Source: Rhynchobatus australiae (lineage: Eukaryota). From it: a DNA stretch of 64,000 bases. A model generated the notes under the pieces. The model saw only the letters and a program-made list of their open reading frames with translations. It did not search any database and was not told the origin of the DNA. This document shows positions 52,311 to 64,000 of this stretch, piece by piece. Position 1 is the stretch's first letter. Each line of letters begins with the position of its first letter. Made by a program: the position numbers and the translations under genes. The DNA lies in assembly GCA_034780895.1 (NCBI GenBank), contig JAUZTB010000135.1:80597451-80661450 (forward strand), given 5' to 3'.

Positions 52311-52669
52311 AATAGCTAAATATCATAAGGAACTACACAGGAGCACAACTAAACAAAACTTGATACCATGCTACATGAAGACAGGTGACAAAAGCTTGAT
52401 AAAAAGGTTTTAAGTAAGTCTGGAGGGAGTTTCAGAGATAGGGTGCGGCAAGGCCATAAAAAGGCTTGAGATCCTAAATTAGCTTTTGAATGCTTTTTGT
52501 GACTAATGAAAAACTGTCAATATCTATCCACACATATTTTTCCCCATTTGTTTACTACACTCAATTTTGTAGTATGGTTTGTCCAGAAACNNNNNNNNNN
52601 NNNNNNNNCAAACAGCATGCAATGAGTTCTATGTGTCATCCAAGAATACACTATATTACTTTCACTGTT

Positions 52670-52880
52670 AAATCTAGGAGAGAATTTTTTTTTACGCAGA
52701 GAGTCATTAGAACCTAGAATTCTCTACATCAAGGAATAGGTGAGGCAAATAGCATTAAAGGGGCAGTAGGATACAAGAGTGGATTATGTTGACATGTTTA
52801 GAGGAGGATGGGAGGAAGCCCACGTGAAGCATAAATAGTTGTTAGGTCACATGTGGCCTGTTCCTTATTGTCACTGTGTT
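52670..52880 (+). mobile_element. CR1 3' fragment
   Basis: RREFFFTQRVIRT.NSL motif. Confidence 0.6.
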
Positions 52881-53049
52881 ACTATGCATTATGTAAACTG
52901 TTAAATAGATTGTCTCCCCTGGACAAATAAGCATATTTTACAAATCTATGTTCACCAAACTTATTTGGAATGTTTAGTGGGATTTAGACATGCACCCAGT
53001 GAGCAAAGGTTAATACGGGTTGTACAAATTTGTCAAGTTACTTTATACA

Positions 53050-53420
53050 CTGACCATAGCTTAATTGGTAGTATTCTCATCTTTGAATCAGGAAGATGCA
53101 AGTTTAAGTCACTATCTAAGGAATTGCGTACAAAGGTTTAACTGACACTCCAGTCTAGTACTAATAATGTGGTGTACTGTCAGAAGCACTGCCCTATTCT
53201 ATGAAAGGTGCTGCCTGCTGTCTCAGGGTTGGCACCATTTGGAAGAGATGTATGGGCATTAACCTGTCTGGCCAATACTTATCCCTCAATCAACAGTGCC
53301 AAAACAAACCACAAATTGACTTCTATATTCCCTAAATTTCAACAGTGACTGGACTTACATTGGCAGTAAAGTGCATTCAGGCCTTCTGAGGACATGAAAG
53401 GCACTATGTAAAGCCAAATC
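53050..53420 (+). mobile_element. Deu-domain SINE (SacSINE1-like)
   Basis: tRNA-like head ccatagcttaattggtagtattctc; ctgacactccagt...gtactgtcagaag; tail gaaaggcactatgtaaa. Confidence 0.6.
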
Positions 53421-54649
53421 TTTACTGTTACTCGTTCCTTATGTTAACAAACCCTCCCATTCACATTCTGATATTTATATTTTTAGTCCGCCAAGTCCTT
53501 CATTGAAGGATAGAACAATCTTCAGGTATTGGAGAATCAATTTTTCAAATACCTAGGTCAACGTGTACAGCTGGAAATTGCATCCTGCCTTCTATGATTT
53601 TTGACCAGGTCTATCCTTCCCATTCACTAGATTTCCTTCTGTCCCGCAGCTGTTTCAGATATCTTTTATTTTCCAATGCTCTTGTAACCTGTTTGAGAAT
53701 TTCTTTTGAGGCTCAACCAGCTTATTTTCACCATTTTCCATTTTTTAAAAATCTCACTCCATAAGCCCTTTGGCTGCTTTCTTGCGAAAGTAGTTGGTTA
53801 TCAGTACAATACTCCATGTCTATTTATGCCTCTTCGTCCTGGTTAGCCCTACGAAGCAGCTTTCTTGTCAGCAATTTAGTAGCTCTGAAGCAGTGTTCAC
53901 TTGCTGTGTAATTCCAGTATGTATGTTGTCACTGTAAGTGAAAAGTTAGCAGATGAGAGAGATAAAAATCAATTCTGCTAATAAATGGGTGCTGCTTCAT
54001 CGGGTGTTGTGTCACAGAAACCTAGCTTTTGCTCGTCTAACCAAATCTGTAAAGAGGGAACTGGACAATACTGATGCACGATACCTTCCTTTTATGGTAT
54101 AAGAAAAACAAAACCACAGGAATAGGAAAAGTCCATCTGTAAATAGAGCTCATCACTTGTTGACAGAATCTATTGTTAAACAGTTCCTTTGGAATTTACA
54201 ATAGATACCACATAAAGGGATTCTAATAAATATATTAAGCTCTATGGAACAGACAAAGATAGTGAGCAAGAGAATTTTAATGTGGGTTCTTTTGAGGGGA
54301 TTTACAATACTGTCTTTTGTGAATGGTTTCTTTGCAGATACATCAATGAAGTCATCGACTCCATTCTTCTTGTACTGTCACTACTTCTGCCAAACTTAAA
54401 AACAAAGGCTCTTTTAGACACAGCAGGTAATGATATTATGCCACAATCGATATTAGTCCATGATGAATCAGCAGAAATGCAACTTGAGTGGGGCAGCCTG
54501 AGAATGCCATGTTTTTATCTCCACCTAGATACCCATTCAAGAACCAACAAATACACCTAACTGAAAGGCAACATAAAATCTCTTAATGTTTGTCATCCAA
54601 TTCAAAGGCTCACTGTCGTTTTAAAAGATTTTTATTTACCACCATTCAA

Positions 54650-54835
54650 AAGCAAAATACTGCAAATGTTCTATACTTGAAACAGAAACAAAAAAATGTC
54701 AGAAATGTTCAGTGGGTCATGCAGGATCTGCAGAGAAACCAGAGTTCTGATGAAATATAGACTGGAATGTTAACTTTTTGAGTCTCTCCACAAATGCTGC
54801 CTGACCTGTATTTCCAGCATTTTCTGTTTTACCTA
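54650..54835. mobile_element. Penelope pLTR-derived inverted-repeat element
   Basis: Inverted pLTR arms around CTGATGA (54747-54753)...GGAATGTTAAC. Confidence 0.6.
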
Positions 54836-57049
54836 ATTTACCAGCATAAAGCTTCCCACTCCAATGCACTTTGCAATAATTCACCAAATAAGGGTCTAGC
54901 AGGTGTAAGTTTAAACAATGAAACCAACAAACATTTTTCACTGTTGATTAATATTTCTAAACTTCTCCACCAAAACATAGAAATAGAAGGACTGGATAAT
55001 CATACTGTTAATTTAATGCAACTTTTCTGTATCCACATTACACTGGCACTAGCTTTGCTGAAGCTGGCACCACATAGTGTTTCCTAAGAGCTACATTTAT
55101 TCACTCAACCTTCAGATGGAAAGTTGTTTGCCCTGTAAGTTGCTGAAAATTTGGGCTGATACTTGCACAATGAGACCAATGGATGGATGCCTGCGTCATT
55201 TGTGAATAAGTACTTCAGTCAGTGATATTTAAGGATTGAGGAAAAGAAACAGGAATATTGAAGGAGGAGAAGGGTAAGTTAGTTAAATCATATANNNNNN
55301 NNNNNNNNNNNNNNNNNNNNNNNNNNNNNNNNNNNNNNNNNNNNNNNNNNNNNNNNNNNNNNNNNNNNNNNNNNNNNNNNNNNNNNNNNNNNNNNNNNNN
55401 NNNNNNNNNNNNNNNNNNNNNNNNNNNNNNNNNNNNNNNNNNNNNNNNNNNNNNNNNNNNNNNNNNNNNNNNNNNNNNNNNNNNNNNNNNNNNNNNNNNN
55501 NNNNNNNNNNNNNNNNNNNNNNNNNNNNNNNNNNNNNNNNNNNNNNNNNNNNNNNNNNNNNNNNNNNNNNNNNNNNNNNNNNNNNNNNNNNNNNNNNNNN
55601 NNNNNNNNNNNNNNNNNNNNNNNNNNNNNNNNNNNNNNNNNNNNNNNNNNNNNNNNNNNNNNNNNNNNNNNNNNNNNNNNNNNNNNNNNNNNNNNNNNNN
55701 NNNNNNNNNNNNNNNNNNNNNNNNNNNNNNNNNNNNNNNNNNNNNNNNNNNNNNNNNNNNNNCAGAGGTCAGGAAAGGTAACCTTCAATTATTTAGCTGT
55801 TCTGAAAAAATTGTTGACACTGCAACTTCAGTACATTCATAGATAGTTTGGATTCAAATTTATTGCACTAACTAACCCAAAGTTACAAAACACTTAAGAG
55901 CTAATGTTCAAACAGTCATGCAAGATGGTTACATCAATGAAAATGGTCTTAAAAAAATGAGAAGAAATCTTGCCTAGTAAATAACATTGGTGTTACCATG
56001 GTACATGATGGGAAGTGCAAAGACATCTTACATTAAGCCTGGCTCTCATGCACATCAATGAGCCAAAGTCAGGTCTGGGAGGAAACTCTACAACCATTGC
56101 AACGGGAATCATTCAACACAAATGCACCAGCAAGATGCTTTAATTGCTGAAATCAAGGGCATATAGTATTGGTTTGCAATTCTGACTGGAATATAGCAAG
56201 GCAGTCAAGCAGTGTCCCAATGGAAAGAAATAATTACACAGAGAGGAGGTTCACATAACATTAAGGTGGATGAGCAAGAAGAGGAGTGCACTCAAATAAC
56301 AAAATGCAGTGGTATAAAAAGTAGGTGATTTCAAAATTATAGATTAATATTTAAGACACAGATTGCTCCATCATGGAAAAGGATATGAAAAAGTTTAGTA
56401 AGGTGACAGTAGCAAGAAGCACATTAAGATTGAGAATACATTTTGATGAGGCCCCAAGAATATTAGGGTAAATGGAATGCTCCATTCTGGGCAAAAGGAA
56501 AGGGTATTGATTACAGTGGTAGATCTTGTGAATGGATCAGGTCTGCATGGGGAATGAATTTCTGAAAGAGTTGAGGATTAATTTGAAAACTTTACATCAT
56601 GACCATGTTTAAAAAAATCAGGGATAACGTAAAGATTCATACATGGGTAGAGAAGGGTATCAAGCCCACATATGCATTAAACCAAATNNNNNNNNNNNNN
56701 NNNNNNNNNNNNNNNNNNNNNNNNNNNNNNNNNNNNNNNNNNNNNNNNNNNNNNNNNNNNNNNNNNNNNNNNNNNNNNNNNNNNNNNNNNNNNNNNNNNN
56801 NNNNNNNNNNNNNNNNNNNNNNNNNNNNNNNNNNNNNNNNNNNNNNNNNNNNNNNNNNNNNNNNNNNNNNNNNNAATGAACGTCTTTGCCCAGATTTCAA
56901 AAACTGCATGTTAAATTGATAGAAGTTAAATTTGACCCACCTCCTACCTATGCCCAGTTTAATGTCGGCAAAAAAAAACCATCATTTGACAATTAACCTT
57001 CACGAGATGCTGCACTCATATACACTAAATGGTGTACATTGATCATAAA

Positions 57050-58620
57050 ATATCTTCCAGGTCATCTTAAGTATGATGTTTTTAGGGGTCCAGCATGAGT
57101 TCTAATTCCAATTGCCAAGGAGAAGGTGAATCTTTAAATGCCGGAGGTGTTCAGAAGATCTCAAATATAATGTCAAGATTAACAAAAGCAAAGGTACCCT
57201 CATATAGAATCAAGTGATGTATTTAGGTTTGTGAGCAGACCTATATGGGCTGCATCCTCTCAAAGTCATCAGGAGGGCCAGAAACTCAAAAACTATTGTT
57301 GTCATTTCTAGGTATGATCCAGTGCCTCACTAGATTTCTATCTGACCTTGCTACAGTATTGAATCCACTTCAATTATTAAAGAAAGACTGACCTTGATAG
57401 GGAGAAGATCATTTGGAGGTATACGATCTGTGCAAGGAAAGTCTCACCTGCTGAGTTCTTTTTGGTGATTTTGTGTTACCAATTATATGCCAAAATTTTC
57501 TTGCAATTCTTCTCATGTATTGTTGTGACAGTGATTAAACGTGTTATTGTCAGAGACCAAGGGAAGTGTATTAACTATGCATCCAGTACACTGACAAAAG
57601 TGGAAAAAAAGAACTATGCTCTAATTGAGAAGGAGACACTGACAATTACATTTGAAACAGCATTTCAACAATTCTTGCAGGGAAAGTTACTCATACTTAT
57701 TAATGACCAGAATCCTTTGTGGGATTAGCATAATGGCCAACAACAGTGGTATCAAGAATGCAAAAGTGAGTCACCCTACTTCTCTGTATGACTATAACAC
57801 TGTGTAAGAGCATCCAAACCTGCCTTGTTGAGACTACCTTATGAGGAGATTGAAGTCAAAGGAATCATGAAACAAGATTATGGAAAAAATTCAATGCAGA
57901 ACACTTTAGTTAATATAGTTAATATGAATGTCCATTGCCCTAGCATAGACATACATAGAAAACCTAGCTGGTAGATGTTCAGTTTATCAACCTTCTAAAG
58001 CACCAAAACCACAAGACCATTATAGCAGTTCAATATAGATTATTGTGAAAAAGGTCTCAACAAATTTTTAGTATTATTCATGTATAGTGTTTATTCTGTG
58101 AGCTTCGTGCAAACTAGAAATTCCTTTGCACCTGGTATACATGACAATAAACTAATCTAATCTAGTTAGAAGCGGGACCACACAGCACCTCAGAATGCAC
58201 AATAAAGGAATTAAGATTTATTTTTGCCACACGTTCTTCTACAAGGTGGTGTATCAGACAATGGTCCACAGTTCAGATTGCTTCAGTTTGAGCAATTTAC
58301 AAAAAGTAATGGATTAAAGCGTCACCTTGCTTCTTCTTATCACCCAACTTCAAACAGGAAGGTCAGTTCACACCGTAAGGGAGACATTAAAGCAACAATT
58401 CATGCAATCAAACATCACTATGAAACATTGACTTACAGCATTTCTTCAAAGTTATTGAATACCACCACTTTCCACAATAAGGTAATCTCCCGGTGTGTGG
58501 AAGACTCAGGACATGTTTGGGTCTTGTTCAGTCCAATATGAAAGCAAAGTTGGGAGGAAAGGCAATGAAACAAAGAAAGTTTACAGCACGTTGAAACTCA
58601 AGCTGCAATGAGTGAGAAAA
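57050..58620 (+). mobile_element. Highly decayed Gypsy/Ty3 LTR retrotransposon pol
   Basis: RNase H-like YASSTLTKVEKKNYALIEKETLTITF; integrase-like VSDNGPQF...GLKRHLASSYHPTSN; RH-then-IN order. Confidence 0.8.
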
Positions 58621-58689
58621 GTTTCAATCTGCATGACAGAGGTTATGCACTCAGACCTCCAGCTGGTCGTAGATAAGAAGATATCTCTC

Positions 58690-58895
58690 TCCAGTGCCCT
58701 AGTTTCCTCCCAGATCCCAAAGATATGCTGGTTGGTAAATTAATTGACCCAAGTGTAGGTGTGTGGTAGGAAAACCAGAAGGGAGTTGGAAGGCATGTGA
58801 GAGGGAATGGGTTCCAGAAAAAGTAAGTGGAGGAATGGGATTGCTCTGAGAACTGACATATGCTTGATTGGCTGCATAGTCTCGTTCTATGACAT
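58690..58895 (+). mobile_element. V-SINE 3' part
   Basis: ccagtgccctagtttcctcccagatcccaaagatatgctggttggtaaattaattg. Confidence 0.65.
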
Positions 58896-59129
58896 ATGGA
58901 AATATGAGTAAAATATATGTAATATTTCTGATGAAAGTCAAGATGCAACAACATTGTCCAAAGCTGGATGATACTCTGAACAATATCTGGTGAATATGCA
59001 AATTCAACACAAGTACCACCAAGAAGATATTTAAGCATCCAAAAACCCATGATTCGGTTAAATTTACGAATATGTTTAATTAATTTACATGCTTTTTAAG
59101 AGAAAGGAAGCAGTGGAGGATTTGTATAA

Positions 59130-60760
59130 TAAAAACAGAAATTGTTGGAAATAGTCAGGAGGTCAGACAATATCTGTGGAAGGAGAAACAGTTAACATTT
59201 CAGGTCTGGGACCTTTTGTCAGAACTGGGAAAGAGAGCAAAACAAGTTAGTTTCAATGGCAGAACAGGTGGGGGAGTGATGGGTAGAACAGAGGTAATAT
59301 CTCTGAAAGGATGAGCTCAAATGGTTTAAATGGGTAAAGTTACAAAGACATAAAGCTTCTTTGTCTGTGGTGATGTGTTGTTAATGGCGAGACTGTGGGA
59401 CCAGCTCAGCAGGCTGGTCTATATGAGAAGAATAAGAACAGGACCAAAATGATGACAGGCACAAATGGCCAGTTCTGATACAGACAGAAACAAAAAGTGC
59501 GAGTTACCTAACACTGGAGAATTCGGTACTAAGTTCAGAAGGCTGCAATGTGCCCAGCTGGAAGATGAGGTGTTGTTCCTCAAACTTGCATTGGACCTCA
59601 TTATAACTGTGCAGAAGGCCACAAACCGAAAGGTCCAATTGGAGTGGGATGGTGAATTAAAGTGGCCAGCAACTGGAAGCTCAGCATTACTTGTAAGGAG
59701 AGAACACAGGTGCTTCACAAAGCGATCACCCAATCTGTGTTTGGTTTCTCCAATGTACAGGCGGCTACATTGTGTATACCGAACGCAATAGACTAGATTG
59801 GAAGGGTGCAAGTGAATCGCTGCTTCGCCTGGAATGAATTTTCCGGTCCCTGGATGATAGGAAGGGAAGAGGTAGAAGGACAGGCGTTACATCTCCCGCT
59901 GTTGCATGGGAACATGCTGTAAAACAGGAAATGGTTCATGGGGACAGGAGAGTGCTGGGAGTCCCTGGGAGTTGAAAGGGAGCAATCCCTTGCAATGCCA
60001 AGAGGGGAGGGGAAAGTTTGTGTGGTGGTGGAACCTTGTTGGAGCTGGCAGAACTTGCAAAGGATGATCTGTTGGTCTGGAAAATAAGGTTCAGGGAAAT
60101 TCTGTTCTTACTTATCCAGGGTGAGAAGAGGTGAGAGCAGAAGTGCAAGAAATAGATGTGATGCAGTCAAGGGGTATGTCTTTTATGGCAGAGGGGAAGC
60201 TCCATTTCAGGAAGAAGAAAGACATTTCAGAGACACCTGCGTGTAATGTCTCATCATCAGAGCAAATGCACTGAAGACAAAGGAACTAGGAATGGATTCC
60301 TTACAAGAGGCAGGGTGGGAGGAAGTATAGTCAAGATAGCCAGGACAGTCTGTGGGCTTGTAATAGATGTTTTTGATTAGTGTATTCCCTGAGATGGAGA
60401 TAGAGTGATTCAGAAAGGGAATGATCAAGGAGATGGATCCTGTGACGGTGAGAGCAGGTGGAAATTGGCAGTAAAAGGAATGAAATTTTCAAATTCTATA
60501 TGAGTGCAGGAAGCAGCAGCAACGCGGTCATAGCTGTACTGGAAAAAGAGTTGAAGGAGTGGTCCCGAGTACGACTGAAACACGTAACCCACAAAAAGAC
60601 AGGGGCAGCTTAGGCCCATGTGAGTAAAGTAGCTATGCCTTCATTTTGGAGAAAGTGAGTTGAAGGAGAAGTAATTCAATGTTAGGTCAAGTTTAGCCAG
60701 ATGAATGAATGTGTTGGTGGAGGCAAGCTGGTTAGGTTTCTGTTCAAGGATAACATGGAG
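59130..60760 (-). mobile_element. Penelope-like element (RT + GIY-YIG endonuclease + pLTR), decayed
   Basis: MGLSCPCLFVGYV; IYYKPTDCPGYLDYTSSHPASCKESIP; NLVYCVRYTQCSRLYIGETKHRLGDRFVKH...PVAGHFN. Confidence 0.92.
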
Positions 60761-61205
60761 GGCATTCATACCCTACCAATGTGGGAATGTAATGGGTATG
60801 TCAATGTGTGTAACATAATTTACATTGCATTAAGTCGTATGGGCATTACTGTGTGCAAGTGCAGTCCAAATAGAATCTCTGAATAAGCTACAAGCACATT
60901 GTTTGAGATCTTCATATCTCATTGGCATAAGTCTGTACACTCTGCAATGGACTTCATTAAAGGTTAAGGGCTCACTGAGTACACATACTTTACACAAATC
61001 AAATGCCTCATGATCTGACAAAATTAAGTTGCTAAGGAACAGTGTTGTATATTATAAAATAGATGCTGTCACAAGTAGCTTGCTAAATGCCTGCTATAGA
61101 TTAAAATGGTGAATGATGTCATTTCTAATGACATCATGCAATGCTTGAAGGACAAGTAACACTGAATGTCAGGTTATTTGTCAAGATTGGGTCTTGACTG
61201 GAAAG

Positions 61206-61647
61206 GTGGGTTGCCAATAGCCCCAAATTTGAAGAGGTGCCCCGTATTTAAAAAGGAAATTAATTGGCCTATATGATACTCGTTTAGAATGTCTCTTGTA
61301 TAATTTTCCCAACCCAACCCATTGACCTACAAAGACTCAGGGACTGCATTTGGCATGATGTCATTCGAAAGACAGAATGGGCCAAGATTTTGCTGTCAAC
61401 AGTTAACACTGCCAGCTCGCTGCTGACTTCTGAGATATATTTAAACTGCTATTGGAGCAATTCTCCCAGTGTAGACATCTGCTGCCAGCTGGGATGAATC
61501 CTTCGCAGTGACCCACAGAATATTTTGACAGCTGGCTAAGCCACACCTCCTGACAAGCAGGCTGTCAGAGCTGTCAAACACTACTTTTGTCAGTAACATA
61601 CTGAGAAAACCGTCCCTTATTTTTAAAGTGCAAGCTTGGCAACCCTA
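61206..61647. mobile_element. hAT-like non-autonomous DNA transposon
   Basis: Terminal inverted repeats GGGTTGCCAA (61208-61217) and TTGGCAACCC(TA) (61636-61647); no clear TSD. Confidence 0.5.
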
Positions 61648-62584
61648 ACAGCGGGGCTTGAGTACGGCTCAATACTTCATGCTGAGCCAGAAAGCAATAG
61701 CACGAGTAACATTGTATGTGGGAGCAATCCACACAGAGGAGCAACGAGTGGAGAGAAGCCTGGGGACTTTACTGTGAATGAGCAGTAATTATCTCCAGCA
61801 GGTAAATGGGTAACCACGGTTCATAGATTAAGCATTCTCACAACGTGCAGGAAGCTCCATGTCCTAAATTTACATTGCAATTTCCAACAGATCGATTAAA
61901 TGCAGGAAGACCATGGACAGGCTGAGAGCAGCCAATAGTTGTGCTGTGTAGCAGGGAGGAATACTCCAGTGCCTCATATTCAGGCAGAAGGTCCTGTACT
62001 TGTACTTCAACAGATGGTCCACAGAAGATATAATTAGGAAAACTTCCTTACCCTTTCTTCGGCAACATTTAATGCCATCTTCAAAAATGGATAAACTGGT
62101 TCAAGCTTGCATGGTGCGTGGTGCACCCAGTTTTTCAAGGGTTTTACAGAAGAATCCTGGAACAGGTGCAAAAATCTTTGCATTTTTAAAATCAATCCAA
62201 CATTGATTGTAGGCAAATGGCAGGTTCACCTAATGAAACAGAGCAGTCTAATACACTGCTGAAGTTTAAGTACAGGACCTTGTGCCTGGTCATGGTACAC
62301 ACCTGTTGTAGACCTAAAAATGAGCAACACATAACTTTTACACTAGTGCATTTGCACAACATTTGCAAATACCAGAGAGCTAGATTTAGCATCATCCTTG
62401 ATCATGGTCTTTAGAATTGTAAAGTCAAGAAATAACAAAGTTTTGGGGATGGGTGGAGCAGGTGGATGGCAAGTTGTTGGTGAGGAGAGGATACTGAGAT
62501 AATGAATTACATTACCATGTTGTGGGCCCTCCACTACTATGACTACCTATAAATTACACACAAATCCAAAATGTCAACAATGGG

Positions 62585-62742
62585 GAAGTAGGTAAATTAC
62601 TGAAAGATCAGGGGATTGAGAGCTATGAGGATCTGGCACAGAGGAGTTGTTTTGGCCTGGGGTAGGTCAGCCATGGTCATTCTGAGTGGTGGGGCAGGCT
62701 TGAGGGACCAGGTGGCCTACTCCTGGTTCTATTTTCTTGTGT
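62585..62742 (+). mobile_element. CR1 3' tail
   Basis: gtcagccatggtcattctgagtggtggggcaggcttgagggaccaggtggcctactcctg. Confidence 0.65.
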
Positions 62743-64000
62743 GTACACTTTGGTGAAAAAATTGTTAGTTTACAAGTGATTCACAACAGTAGCCACATTG
62801 TTTTAAGGGATAAAAATCCAAATCTTTGAACAATGTTCTTTATTTAATGTGGGATTCCCTCTTTTAGTGCACTTTTCACTTTAAGTCCAGTCCTAAACCA
62901 AAACAGTTATCATTTCCTGTATTCTTCTGCCCTCATTTCATTTATTCATTTCACAAACTTGCTTTGTACCCTTATACCAACCTACATATTTCTGCTGAGC
63001 TCCTCCAGCAGTTTGTTTTTCGCTCCAGATTCCAGCATTTGTAGTCTTGTGTGTCCATGATGTCACAAAGTTCACCCCCTGATTATCCTCTAAACCTCTT
63101 GATATACAGTTGGCAAAATTTTACAATTCAATTATACATATATTTAGTTACTAAGAGACATTTTGCTGCAGAAATTGGGGCATTACTTGAAATCAGAATT
63201 GTTATACTGTACTTGGACAAATAAAGAAACTTTAAAACACGGCTGCCATCAGCAGCGACGTGCTCGGGCTAGCTGTGATAGAGGAAATGTAGTTCCTTTA
63301 AAAATGGACTTTAAATAATAAATTTCAGAAACTGCCCACACATAAGAGACCACTCTAGAAGCAAATATACAGCAGCACCATAATTTGATTTTTCATACTT
63401 TTATGTTCTTTCCCTTGTTCGTGGTTGTATTACTTCAATGACAATGTAGCTCACTCTCATCTTTGCTTAGTTCACAGGTTAGAACTACAAGGTTTCTGCT
63501 CTGGATGATGTAAATATCCAAACAATTAATTTTCATCCTGAGGCATGGAGGAAACTCTGTGATTCATCCTGTAAAATAATTCTCAGAATATTCTGTAAAG
63601 GACCTCATGGGCTGCAAATCCTTTAATACATTTAAAGAGTCAGATACATCTCAGACACCAAGTTCAGGCACAGACCTTTAATGTACAGAAGGGTTTTGGA
63701 GCGTTTCATGTAGGTATGAACAGGGAGGAGGAGTTGGGGTAGATTACTGAAACTGTAGTCAGAGGTTTCATGGAGATGTTCAGCCAGGAACAAGGATTTG
63801 CATTGAGACTTCTGAGTTTGTAGTTGTGTTGAGAATTCCAGTTTCCAGTTTGTAGGGTGACAATCAATTATGACTCTTGTCAAAAACAAAGTAGATTACT
63901 ACAGTGACCTTGGACGATGTCAAAATTCAGGTTGGAAGTTGGGTTAAGAGACAGGGGATGTTGAACAAGTCAGGTGGGGGGGGGGAGCTCAGGGAGGAAG

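Noticed and set aside
55258-56919. ORFs spanning gaps
   Set aside because: N-run artefacts
59419-59811. GIY-YIG ORF as a domesticated nuclease
   Set aside because: Frameshifted part of a decayed Penelope element
49484-64000. Search for further upstream STAU2 exons
   Set aside because: None recognised; consistent with a long intron extending past the window, although gaps could hide one

Overview
AT-rich, CpG-poor vertebrate genomic DNA from a gapped, probably short-read assembly. The repeat content (CR1, Rex1/Babar, L2, Penelope, V-SINE and Deu-SINE types) suggests a cartilaginous fish; this is an inference. Two spliced genes, both missed by the ORF track, converge tail-to-tail as they do in other vertebrates. 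RDH10 (retinol dehydrogenase 10) contributes its last four coding exons on + (15377-28148). STAU2 (Staufen 2) contributes its last two coding exons on - (49483-41138). The rest is intron, UTR or intergenic DNA full of decayed retroelements. I found no clearly new multi-gene system. The best leads are a STAU2 C-terminal extension past the expected stop, several Penelope-associated minimal hammerhead ribozyme motifs, a long intronic hairpin, a SINE in the RDH10 3' UTR region with an unusually long flanking duplication, a SINE sharing its tail with Rex1, and a fold-back palindrome inside a LINE. Exon boundaries were counted base by base. Repeat boundaries are approximate and repeat family names come from recalled motifs, not database searches.
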